Origin: Phoronis australis
Taxonomy: Eukaryota; Animalia; Phoronida
NCBI GenBank assembly: GCA_002633005.1
Contig: NMRA01000149.1
Location: 316,192-380,191 of the forward strand
DNA: 64,000 bases
Direction of reading: 5' to 3'
Part shown: positions 1 to 11,568 of the stretch, one piece after another
Position numbering within the stretch: position 1 is the first letter of the stretch
Layout: every line of letters begins with the position of its first letter
Program-made: the position numbers and the translations under genes
The notes under the pieces: model-generated
Databases searched by the model: none
What the model saw: only the letters and a program-made list of their open reading frames with translations
What the model was told of the DNA's origin: nothing

Positions 1-199
1 TGAATCAGATATAATTAATATACTGATTTGTTCTGTGAAGTACATTTACTCAGAGGCCGTGTTACTCATTGAACTCTTTAAGAAAGAGATTTACAATACG
101 TGGATATGGAAAAATATCTTTGCATCGGAAATGGTGAATATGAACGACAGAAGATTGTCCTCTTTGACTCTTTCGTTTCTTTGAACGCTAGCTAGTGTT

Positions 200-620
200 A
201 AAAATGCCATGTTTCTTTAAAAACGTGAATCAAATTTGTAGCACGCGCCATCTAGTGACTTCCTCGAGAACTGTATGTACAAGTATAAACAGGAAAGGAA
301 ACAATAGGTAAATAAATTGGGGTTTTAAAGAAAATACCACTACTGATGCACATAAAAACAAGTGTGAACATAAAAAACAAAACAATTCCAAATACTACGC
401 AATCGTTATTTGATAGTGAGATAAACAAATAATAAAAACTGTGCCTTGTTTCATTAGGGTAATGATGAAATAATACTCAATTACATAAAAATAATCTCGC
501 AAAACGAGACTTTCGAGAGATTGCAATGGTAACTGCTTCTGAGATGGTTTCCGGAACACTGGAGGACCCGGGTTTGTAAATTAGTACTTCATTTACATAT
601 TCACAATTTAATGAGACTAT
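200..620 (-). repeat. Dispersed ~420-bp repeat, copy 1 (unclassified mobile element)
   Basis: The reverse complement aligns along its length with 49012-49437 (e.g. shared TAGTCTCATTAAATTGTGAATATG and TTACCCTAATGAAACAAGGCACAGTTTTTATTATTTGTTTAT). Confidence 0.8.
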
Positions 621-799
621 TTATCTCTAAATTTGATGTCTTGCCTCAAAATGCGTGTGCGTAAGTGTGCGTACGCGCCTGTGCCTGCCTTCGTACCTGC
701 GTGTGTGAGTGCGTGTATGTTTAAAATAATCATGCTTTTCTTCACATGGATTTTATGTATGTGTTATTATTGTCAATAAAACTTTCTTTTTTCACTTAC

Positions 800-916
800 T
801 TGTTCCAACAAAAGTGTCTTAACACCAGATTTCTGCAAAGTATATGCTGTAGCAGAACCTTCTATCCCCGCCCCGAACACTATAGCATCCCAAACCGCCG
901 ACTCCGAGGTAGACAT
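800..916 (-). CDS. PIPOX: Exon 1 of a sarcosine oxidase / L-pipecolate oxidase-like paralog (gene continues beyond the left edge of the window)
   Basis: ATG at 916 reads [39 protein letters not shown] (FAD-binding GxGxxG), followed by donor GTAAGT. 111/117 nt identical to exon 1 at 24931-25047. No exon 2 seen in 1-799. Confidence 0.85.
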
Positions 917-1399
917 TGTGACTTTGTTGTCGAGATTTCAAGACAGGTGACCTATGAAATGACGAAGATAGTACAAACATTAATTTCCGCTTCTGCGTAA
1001 AGCACTCATATCTTAGAGCATGTTTGGGGAACTATCTGGGGCAAACACGTAGAATCTGGAACCACCAATACTGGTCACAAAAACCTCAAATATTATCATT
1101 TTAAACGTCACCTTCCGTCATCTGTTGCCTAGACTGGCTTCAAGACATTCGTTCAGCTTCCTTCCACTTGAGCAGTTTATAAAAGGAATTTCACCGTACA
1201 CCCATATAGCTGAAACGTATTCTAAAGTAATACTTTTCCAATATCTAATCAAATATTTTCAAACTAATTAATATTAAGTAGGACATTTTCAAATTAATTT
1301 TTAAATTACTGGTGGTGCACCAACAAAATGGTACTACGGTTGAACAGTATTATACTTCATTTTTTATAGATACCCCTGAACTTCAGGCGAGACCAGGTA

Positions 1400-1520
1400 G
1401 AATTCAGTAGCTGCCTCGCGCGAAAAAAATCTAGCCAAAATCACGTGCTCTCGTTGAAACTACACGGCAAAAATGTCGCGAAGTCTTGCTTTTTAGCGAG
1501 GTCCTAGCGTTACTGAACTC
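1400..1520 (+). mobile_element. Degenerate copy of short MITE family A
   Basis: Shares TCGCGAAGTCTTGCTTTTTAGCxAGGTCCTAGCGTTACTGAAC with 60520-60670 and, inverted, with 28400-28540. Confidence 0.7.
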
Positions 1521-3061
1521 TACCCATATCTATTTGTTATTGCTTCGGACATACGGCATACGGACGGCAAGTCGTGTGACTTTCAAGCTGGAGAATGATT
1601 GGCCGTATGACTGAAGCTCGCACATGAAACACATTCGATGGGAAATTTGAGACATTACGAAAATACCCGAGATACTCCGAATGCGACGCGGCGACGATGG
1701 TGGGTTAAGAAACAAGTAGTCGATAACAAGGTGACCCTATCGATCTGGTCAACCGCCACGCTTACGTGGTCGCGCCCTACTTCGTTATTTCGAACTGTTT
1801 TGTCCTTCTGTTGCAACACACACCGAACAACAGCATCATGACCGTGAAAAGACAAAGATACATGTGAACCTGCTTCACCACGAATCTTTGTCGCCGGTGT
1901 TCATAAATATTCGTGCTGATAATTTATGTTCGAGTTGTGAAAGCATATTTTTGTGTGCATGATGATGTTCCGGTCTATTTCAGTAGTTTGTGAGGTGATT
2001 CAGTGGTTTGCATGAATTAGTGATCCCTTGCAAGGCCCGGGAGCTAACACCTGTGCCATTCTTGAAACAGTAACTGAAAAACGTCTGGTATTGACAGGAT
2101 GTCCGTTTGTTCAATACTTCTGATAGATAAATTTCAAGTCACGTGCCAAACTGAATGGCTCCTCAAAGCTTGCGTCATACTGGCAAACAGAACTGTGAAG
2201 ATGTCGATCCGTTCCTGTCACTGGCATACATTTCTTGCGGTTCTGTCGTTGGAGTGGCGGCAACGTGCAGCTCCAACCTTCAGTAACACGTACAAGGCGC
2301 TCAAAAGCCAAGCCGATACGATCAAGTACTTCGATAGTAATGTTAAGCGACATCTCGCGTGGTCCCATCTTGCCAAACTTGCAAGAAAGCAAGAGCACGC
2401 AAAATTACGAGAGTGAACCTTACTAGCGTGTGGCTACCAAAACGGCGGCCACAGACAAGCTCGTTCGATGCAAAGTTTGTCCAATTCGTGTACATTACTT
2501 CGTATTTGTCGGCCTCACAAGTTGAAATGATGCTCGTTCGAACTAACACACCAACACCTATATTTGTATAAGCACTACACATCGCTAAATTTCAATAATT
2601 TTAGTCCAAAAAACTCATGCAACCTAATGGTTTCAATGACTTACTGCGTGAAAAGAGATGTGTACTTTCCTCAGTCAACGAACTTGCCGACATGTATGAC
2701 CCGATCTCCTCGTTATCTCATGTTTCCGAGGTCAAGAGAATTTGTTGTCATTATCTGACCGAATAGGAACTGTGGTGTTCGGTTTTGAAAAACATTACGT
2801 GCCACACGTCGAAACGAATCGTGATCTTTGATCCGGGTACAAAATTTCCCAAATTCGCGTGTCCATGCATTCTCTAATATCGCGAGAAATTTAGTCAAAG
2901 TCCCCGGAAAATCTCAAATCGGCGATTATCGTTAGGGAATGCAAGGGTACAAGGCTTTTGGAATTTTGGTACCTGAATCAAAGATGATGACTCGGTTTAG
3001 TTTAAATTTTAGTCGCCTTATTCGTCAACCTCAGGCTCAGCAAGTTATAACGGTTAAAGTA

Positions 3062-3694
3062 NNNNNNNNNNNNNNNNNNNNNNNNNNNNNNNNNNNNNNN
3101 NNNNNNNNNNNNNNNNNNNNNNNNNNNNNNNNNNNNNNNNNNNNNNNNNNNNNNNNNNNNNNNNNNNNNNNNNNNNNNNNNNNNNNNNNNNNNNNNNNNN
3201 NNNNNNNNNNNNNNNNNNNNNNNNNNNNNNNNNNNNNNNNNNNNNNNNNNNNNNNNNNNNNNNNNNNNNNNNNNNNNNNNNNNNNNNNNNNNNNNNNNNN
3301 NNNNNNNNNNNNNNNNNNNNNNNNNNNNNNNNNNNNNNNNNNNNNNNNNNNNNNNNNNNNNNNNNNNNNNNNNNNNNNNNNNNNNNNNNNNNNNNNNNNN
3401 NNNNNNNNNNNNNNNNNNNNNNNNNNNNNNNNNNNNNNNNNNNNNNNNNNNNNNNNNNNNNNNNNNNNNNNNNNNNNNNNNNNNNNNNNNNNNNNNNNNN
3501 NNNNNNNNNNNNNNNNNNNNNNNNNNNNNNNNNNNNNNNNNNNNNNNNNNNNNNNNNNNNNNNNNNNNNNNNNNNNNNNNNNNNNNNNNNNNNNNNNNNN
3601 NNNNNNNNNNNNNNNNNNNNNNNNNNNNNNNNNNNNNNNNNNNNNNNNNNNNNNNNNNNNNNNNNNNNNNNNNNNNNNNNNNNNNNNNNNNNNN
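3062..3694. other. Assembly gap (N run)
   Basis: Continuous Ns. Confidence 1.
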
Positions 3695-5274
3695 AATAAT
3701 GCACTGAACACCAAAGTTCAAGCTTAGAACTGCACGCGCTACTGCTAGATATAATGTAACACTTACCGGACACACGTGAGGTCTTCACTTTGCCGACGAC
3801 GCCAAACATCAACTTGAAGTCTTGTTCTGCAGTCTTGGGAAACGATTCTTTGGCGAAATAAAAGCTGCCTGATCCAACCGTTTTTATGGTGTTTTTCTGA
3901 TAACTAAGTCAGATTCTTCAATTTCGTTATAAGTCTGAGAAAACTGTACTTCAAATCAAAATACAATGTTGCAGAAGCTTATACGCTGAAAATTTTTGGG
4001 GGGGCACGGGCCCCCCCGGCCCCCCCGCTTCCTACGGCCCTGAGACAGGAAGGAAAATATCAGGAGACACTTTTGATTTTTGGTAAAATAGACACTTTGG
4101 AAGCACTGCCATTTCTTTAAATTTGTGCGGTATGATTTACGGCGCACATGGCCCCTGTTCCATTGAGATTTCGTGAGGTCAGCAGTACGTTCCATTTCTG
4201 GTACGTATTCAAAAAGAATGCTGCGACCATGAGGAAGGTTTTAAGTCATGCAGGGTTCGAATCTCCAGTAAAGTTCCATGCATCATGTTTCTTATGTTGG
4301 GTAGGTAGGATACTTGCGCTTTCTCAGTTCAGTTCTACACTTATAACCCTCGTTTCGGGTTAAATGGGTTGACTGTTTCTTGAATACTATACAAATCAAT
4401 TCAAGTATCAATGCAAAATTTATATTTCACGTTTCTGGAAATCAGGCCATGACAGTTCAGTAATCATCTGTGTCGTCTATTACATTTAAATATTTGAACG
4501 CCCACACTTTCACTCTTACGTCTTGTGTTTTGGGGCTATTTACATTTTCTTTATCGAAGGGGGCATAAACAAGGGAAATAAGATATTTTTCTCTCACGAC
4601 GCAATTTATGAAAACACTTGTAGTCCGAATTAGATTTTGTGTCATCGCTCGGCTCTTTACTAGATAATTCTAGAATGAAATCGCTGATAACGCGGTGCTT
4701 TCGTCAGTTGTCATCATTACAGTTGGACTCGTGCCAAAATTGAATTGATTTAAATAGACGGAAATTCCCCTTGTTACACGTAGTTGTTTACAAGTTCGGA
4801 AGAAACCCGCAGGTCCTCGCCTCTATATTGCCGCTTCGCTGTTCCACTCGGAAGGTAATTATTCAGTTTCTTTCATTATTCACAATTTAAAACATTGTAA
4901 GCACAACATTATCAGCAACACCATGGCAATTCATATTAAGAGTTTTACGTCGGTGTTGGTGTGTAGACACAAAGTCACCCATGGTTGCTACTCCATCTAA
5001 TCACCTGTACCCTGTCCTACAGTATCCGATCGCTATCCCTACGCACAAATGTTAAAGCATTATGCACTTTCACGGAGCTGAACTGCATACTTCCACATCT
5101 CTTACGTTCTGTTCACAACCCGGCGTATTGTGAACTATCGAGATCTTAGTGCTCGTATTACTGAGTCTCCATATCTGGACATTTTCATTGGAACAGTCTA
5201 TTCGTCAACCACATGTACCTTTGTTTTTTTTCGCATCAGTTCAAAAGGGGGAATCAGTCAACAATTCATGATTC

Positions 5275-5716
5275 AAGGTACCTAAACTAGTACACGGTCA
5301 ACGCGGACTCATAAACACGACTCACGGACCTGCAAACACTGTCCACTGACTCGCAAACACGGGAAAGGACTCACAAAACACGATCCATGCACCCAAATAC
5401 ACTAGCGGGACACGGACTCGTATTCACGAGGAAACACGGTTAACGGCCGCCAAACACGGGTCACGGACTCATCGGCTTCCGAGGGTCAGCTGACATCTTC
5501 ATTTTGTCCGTAAACCGTGTTTGGGGGTCCCTTAACCGTGTTTCCTCGTGCATATGAGTTCGTGTCCCGTGTATTTGGGTGCGTGGATCGTGTTTTGTGA
5601 GTCCGTTCCCGTGCTTGTGACTAGTCAGGTCCGTGACGCGTACATGAGTCGTGTTCATGCGTCCGGCGTGCCCGTGTTTAGTTACGAGTCCGTTGACCGT
5701 GTAGTTTAGGTACCTT
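5275..5716. mobile_element. Foldback/MITE-like element with long imperfect inverted repeats
   Basis: AAGGTACCTAAACTA..CACGGTCAACG at the left end is mirrored by CGTTGACCGTG-TAGTTTAGGTACCTT at the right. Internal arms also pair (CACAAAACACGATCCATGCACCCAAATACAC vs GTGTATTTGGGTGCGTGGATCGTGTTTTGTG). Confidence 0.8.
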
Positions 5717-5719
5717 TTG

Positions 5720-6152
5720 ATTGGTCACACTTCAAAACCAATTGCCCGGACTTCGTAACCAGTCGGTTGGACCCGCAAAACCAAATGGCCGGTGATCAAA
5801 CGTGTTGTCCGGACTTTAACAGCACGATGGCCTCTCCCAAAAAATCAGTTGGCCGGTGATCAAACACGGCGACTTCCTCATACAGAGACTCGCTTTGAAT
5901 GTCTTGAAGGACTCAAGTGACATCTAGTGTTTATTTTTCGTACCCGTTTGTAGAGTTTTTACTTGGCGATTTGTGCTCGGGCCAACCCAATTTAGCTCCG
6001 ACCAACCAGTTTTTTTGTGCGTCTATCTGATTTTGAGGTACCGGACATCGCGTTTTGAGGTCCGACCACCAAGTTAGAACACTGGCCATTGGACTTTTCA
6101 GTCCAGCCAGTTGGTTTTGAAGTCCGGGTAAATGGCATTGATGTCTGACCAA
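5720..6152. mobile_element. Second foldback/MITE-like element abutting the first
   Basis: TTGGTCACACTTCAAAACCAATTGCCCGGACTTC is the imperfect inverse of GAAGTCCGGGTAAATGGCATTGATGTCTGACCAA. Internal ~21-bp subrepeats. Confidence 0.7.
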
Positions 6153-6499
6153 TTGTTGATTGTAACAAACGCCACGTCAGAATCCTCAGTTAAGATTGTT
6201 CGTAAATGATAGCTATTCGAAAATTAATTATTTCCTTGGTTTGCTCGACGCGATTCCTGGTTTGCCGAGTTGACTCATAGACGTAGGGAGATTTTCTTTC
6301 GCGAGGAACCTCCGTCCCCCTGGCGGGACTCCACCCGATTCCTTCGCCTATGCATGATATTATTTAAAATGGCGTTTTGATATTTGTCACGAGTTCTACT
6401 GAGACTTGTTCTAGTTGTTCCTAAATTTTCGGCATCTTGATTTTAGCTCCGTGCTCCAAACTTTCAAGCTACGACAGCTTGTCTTGAATATCGCACAGC

Positions 6500-9345
6500 A
6501 TGTTCGGGATGGTTGTCCCCTTCCCGCGCACGTTCAGTGCCTGGAACGTATGGGTTGAATATATGCTTCACTCATCCGATGACGATCTCAGCTTAAGAAA
6601 AGGGGCGTTGGCGTATTGTACCGGAACGGTCGCGGCATCAACCACGAAATTCAAACCGACACCATCAGAGATTAAGGTAAGATTCCATATTTCAATTAAA
6701 ATTTGAATAACACTTCTGTATTATTCTGATTTCCAGAGACTGTTAAGAGTGAAAATCACATTATAATTTAAAGCTGTAAGACGCCATTTATCGTCTCAGG
6801 AACTTGTTTACATGTAGAATGAATAACCAACTGGACACAGGTTTATTAGGCTTACATCAGGCAGGTGCATTTGCTTCCCTCTGTCCCTTCAATACGCCAT
6901 GCGTGTAACGTATTATTTCCAAATTGTTCATTTCATAGTGATTTATTGAAATACATACATATGGCCATAGGCCCAAACATGTACAAGACAGAACGTTGTC
7001 AGGTGCGTTACAAACTGGATAATAAATTGTGACGCTTGAGAGCATGATGGACGAATTTTAGAAGTAGGATATCCGGAGTTCTCATGAGAGATTCAAATTT
7101 AGGTGTCGTGGGAGAATGACAAAAACGATCATCCCGAATTACATAACTCACACAACCTATTTTCATAAGGAGTATTTGTGTGGCGACCTCTTTCCACTAA
7201 AAACGAATGATTTGAACATCGCAATCAAGTCAGAGACTGGATAAAAACACGTGGGATACCAACCATTTCTAGATAATTCTCAAGACAATACATTGTTTTG
7301 TACCTCACATAGTAAGGCAGTTTTGTGTTATATTCGATATCTGATTGCCAGCCTTGCAAATAACAGTCGTTGACAAGTTGAGAAAAAACTGTCAAGAAAT
7401 ACGCTTGGTTTACCACACCCTGATTAATCCATACATCTGAAAAATCATACACAGACAGAAGTTTTCCGGGGCTCTGATCAAACGATACAATAAAACACGG
7501 AATAAACATACAAATAATAAAATACGTTTCATTACAGACTGTACAATATTTTTCAAGTTTCTTATTTTACTTATGACAGCGTAGCTTTCTATTCACAATT
7601 ATGCGAAATGTTTGACCATTAACATATCAGTAACCCGTAGAATAGTATCACGAGTTCCCTGAGCGCTAAGCAGCACTACCAAATGGTAATGGTTGTTTAA
7701 TTTTATATAAAGTTTAAAAATTTTAAGCAACATGTAAGCTCAGCAGTGCTCAGTAATTACTCTAATTAGATTCAGGCACCGTATTCAGAATACTTTGATT
7801 TTGATAATAGTGAATATAGTGTCTGTAGTTCGATTATTTCCAGTCACTGGAATGTAAGTGGCGAAGTCCACTTGGTTTGGCGACCTCATGTAATAGTGCA
7901 TAAGAGATACGTCTGTAGATACACAAGGTCATAGTAGACGGCTGGTTTGATTTAAGGTCAATGGTCCCAATAAACACTCATTGGCAAAACGACAGCATTT
8001 TATAACCAGGCGTGAAATAACAACCTACTACTTTGAAACACAGCGTAAACAAACAACTCGACGTGATTGGTGAGGTCATTGCACCCGGTCATCAGTGTAT
8101 TTATTGTATTGCAATAGGCATATGTACTTTGCTTTTTATTATTTTCAGACTGAAAAGGTTTCCATGAAAACTTATGTTTGCGAAAACAAGATCATGTTTC
8201 AGCCGCCCGTTTTTTCCTTTCCTTCTATTATTCCAAACTGCGGTTTACAAGTTGAATGGGGACTTGCAGAAATTTTTTAAAAACATATTCGACCTCGTGC
8301 TGATCATTACCTAATAAAGATGTTACTGTTGTTTCTCTCTTTTATTTCGGAACTTTAGCTGTGAAAATTTTTGTTCGTCACCTGTATAAAATACTTGGTG
8401 TACATCTACGATCCCGACGTATGCGTACCTGTACAGGAAATAGTTCGTGAAGGAAACATTGCACAATTTCCAAATCAACTTGACAATAAAATTGGTTGCT
8501 GTAAGATGAAATTATGCATATGAGAATCAGATTAACGGGTAAACGAAAATTAAATTCCTGCCAACTTCTAAATCAGCGATGATGCGATCCATTTATCGAC
8601 AGAATGTTGGTGATTTTCGCTTGATTCGGAAAAGAAACAGACCTGGTAGTGTACCAAATATGTCACTTTCATCAGACAGGAGATAAGACGTGATAGCAAA
8701 ACGCTGTGGAAACTTTTGAGACTTGAAAAACTGTGCCATCGTGGTAAATGGGCCTCCGATCACGACTCAAGCGTGTGATCGTACGAGTTCAAAGATGTGA
8801 ACTTTGAGACATGTCTGTGTAAAATCAAACGAGGCGTTTACCTGGTCTCCCTGGACAATGAAATCAAAAATATCTCGGTTGATATTTTCACAGATAAATA
8901 CATACACTTCTTGAAAATCTTTAATCAATGTGTCTTTCTAATAGTGTTAATGCATTGATATATTCCTGTGAAATGACCGTTAATGTGTCGGGTACATAAA
9001 AGGTCAAAGGACAATTATGCCGACGGCTCGCCAAGTCTCAGAGACGATGAATGGGTAGCGTTGAAGTTTCAATTAAACTTTTAATATTTTGATCTGTTTC
9101 AGAAAATAAGCGCCTGTCTTGACAATCCCGGCAAGTTCGAGACTATACAAGTGGAAGGCAAAACCTACTGTATTAAATGTTGCAACAACAGTCAACTGAC
9201 TGCTTTCAATGGACATCGATATTTTCTAATCAGTCGTTCTAAACACATGCTTGTTATAGCTCTATGCGACTCTCGAGTTAAAAGCAATGACGCGTCAAAG
9301 TGGATCAGCAAAATTGCATCAAAGTTAAAAAAGAAGAACTATTAG
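6500..9345 (+). CDS. Divergent profilin-like protein, 2 exons (6500-6676, 9103-9345), about 139 aa
   Basis: Phase-0 GT-AG join (ATTAAG|gtaaga ... tttcag|AAAATA) gives ...SAWNVWVEYML...KGALAYCTGTVAASTTKFKPTPSEIK|KISACLDNPGKFETIQVEGKTYCIK...HMLVIALC...WISKIASKLKKKNY*. Length and motif order match the profilin fold (N-terminal W, GxVxA, GxxY, LVIA, C-terminal Y). Confidence 0.75.
6980..7470 (-). mobile_element. Decayed 3' end of a non-LTR retrotransposon ORF2 (LINE relic) in the profilin intron
   Basis: Translation FSDVWINQGVVNQAYFLTVFSQLVNDCYLQGWQSDI...KLPYY...YCLENYL... continues through a stop into LRCSNH...GRH...ENRLCELCN. This is the typical post-RT C-terminal region of invertebrate LINEs (RTE-X/L2-type; clade uncertain). 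Confidence 0.7.
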
Positions 9346-11568
9346 CACCTGTCCTGTGTCAACTGTAAATGAATCTCGCCAATCCATATGTAGAGTGCTC
9401 CAAAAGCCGCCTTAAAACCGTTTACAAGCTTGAATCCAGGATCTTGACAACGGATCCAACAATGGACAGACGCGGGAATACCCAAGATCACTCTATAACA
9501 GGAGGAGGAGACTCCCAAGACCTCGATAATAGGAAGCGAATACTACACCAGAGAAATGACTACAAAAAACCAAGGATTTCGTACTAAGATATTTTTGTCG
9601 CCCACACATAATCCATGGGGAAAGATCAACGTAAATTAGGGCGTTTCGTTTTGATTAACGATGACGTAAGCTTAATTTGCTTCCCTTGTTTTCTATTTTT
9701 AGTGTGTACACCTAGTGCATCCAATTGGCAGTTATTACCATTCATTTTCACCCTGAATCGAGCTCTGATTTACAACTGTGTATGGCAATTCGAATCAATA
9801 GATGGCGGGACAGGCAATTGTTAAAGATGAACTTGTGTTCTGAACGAGACAGAATAGAAAACTCATTATTTTTTGTTTATTTGTATAACATTTACTTTAA
9901 TTCTATGTTAAATATAAAAGAAACTTCATATGTGTTTGTTGGCTTTCGTTCTGGGAAGACTAGGAATTCTTGTGCACAGTCAAAAGTTCTCAAAATGAAT
10001 TATGTGTTGCTAAGAATGGGGGCTGTGGTCTTGGTATTTTTCTTATTGCATCGGTGTGTAATAATTTCACTAGAACCCATTCCAACTGACATGTTGCCAT
10101 TGCACAAAAATTACCAACAGCTGAAGCTATGCACTATTTTAGTAAACCACTGCACTTTGAGCCCAAAACAAGACAATCTTTCCCTGTCACGCTAGTAAGA
10201 CTCCACTCAACAGAAAGTGAAGAGATCTCATGTAACAGAAAAACAAACAAACTTCTGAAAGCAAACTGGGAAAATAATTACAAGAAAATAGTGTTTGCCC
10301 AAACTGAATAATGAATTATCTCTTTTGCTAAAATAACCCTTCTGCATTAAAATCCTGTAGATATTATACTTGTAAAATAGTTCATGATCATCATAAGTGA
10401 ACATTAGTTAAATGTGAATGTTTTCACCCCTCATACAAAATGGATCTGACAAAACGACGGAGACAAAGATGCAACATTTGTGCAGTTGCTTTATTGACTA
10501 TCATTACACTCAGGAAAGCCAGCTCCTGAATACAACTGTTATGCAACTGTTAGTAATACCAAATATATAAGATAATTAAGCCCTTCTGTGCATGATAATC
10601 AGTAAAACAGGTCCCGATAACAACTAGTTGTAAGATCTTGATTATAAATGTGTTAAACAACTCTTAAAAAATCACTGATCCAGTTTGTAACAGTCACCAT
10701 GGAATGGGTTGTAACAGAATTGTCCCACTGTTACACAAGTGTCCATTCAACCAATAAATGTCGGTCTCTTCAAAGGTGGCGCTAGTCTAAGAAAATGGAG
10801 TAAGAACTGCATGAAAACATGCCTTACACTGACACCTGGTGGCTAGTTCCATAATACACATATCAGAAACAATACATTATTTTCACAACATCACATATAA
10901 AATGCAAATTAGAGTTGTATAAGAGTTACAAAAATGTGTAATACTTCTGGACTCAGTACTGCTACACCACCCATACCAACCACCATGACAATAACAACCA
11001 CCCAGATAATAACAATCACCATGGCAATAGCAATTGCCATGACCCAGTTTTAAAGATGTTATGAGTAAAAATTGTTAGTCCGCAACCACCACACTATCGG
11101 AGCTATGAAGAAAAATATGGACATTGACTTAATAAAGGTTACTTTTTTCTTTGGAAGAATTTCAATTCTCTTAGCTAACTTGTACAAAATCTTCAACAAC
11201 ATGAAACTGACACAAATTCTGAGTCCAGATTGTCCATACATAGTCCAAGCAACCTGACAAAACTTCACACCTTGGCTGCAGCTACGAAAAATGCGACCCC
11301 AAGACTACTATTATTACACTAGTAAAATAGCACAATTACCTCAATTTTCCTCATATCACTTTTCCAAAGTCAGAACTTTCATCACTAGATACACTGGCAG
11401 GGGTTCTTCGTGCCATATGCCAAAAATAAGACATCAAGCATTTTTAACAACAGGAGGTGGAGTAAAATTTTCTGTATTTCTGGTTATACGAACCCTACAA
11501 AAGGGTAGACATTTTTAGCAGCAATACATCCTATAGAAATGCCTGAACAGTTTCCACCAGTGGCTACC

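Noticed and set aside
2939-3812. Long ORFs of 225-262 aa in the ORF track
   Set aside because: They are open only because they run through the N gap.
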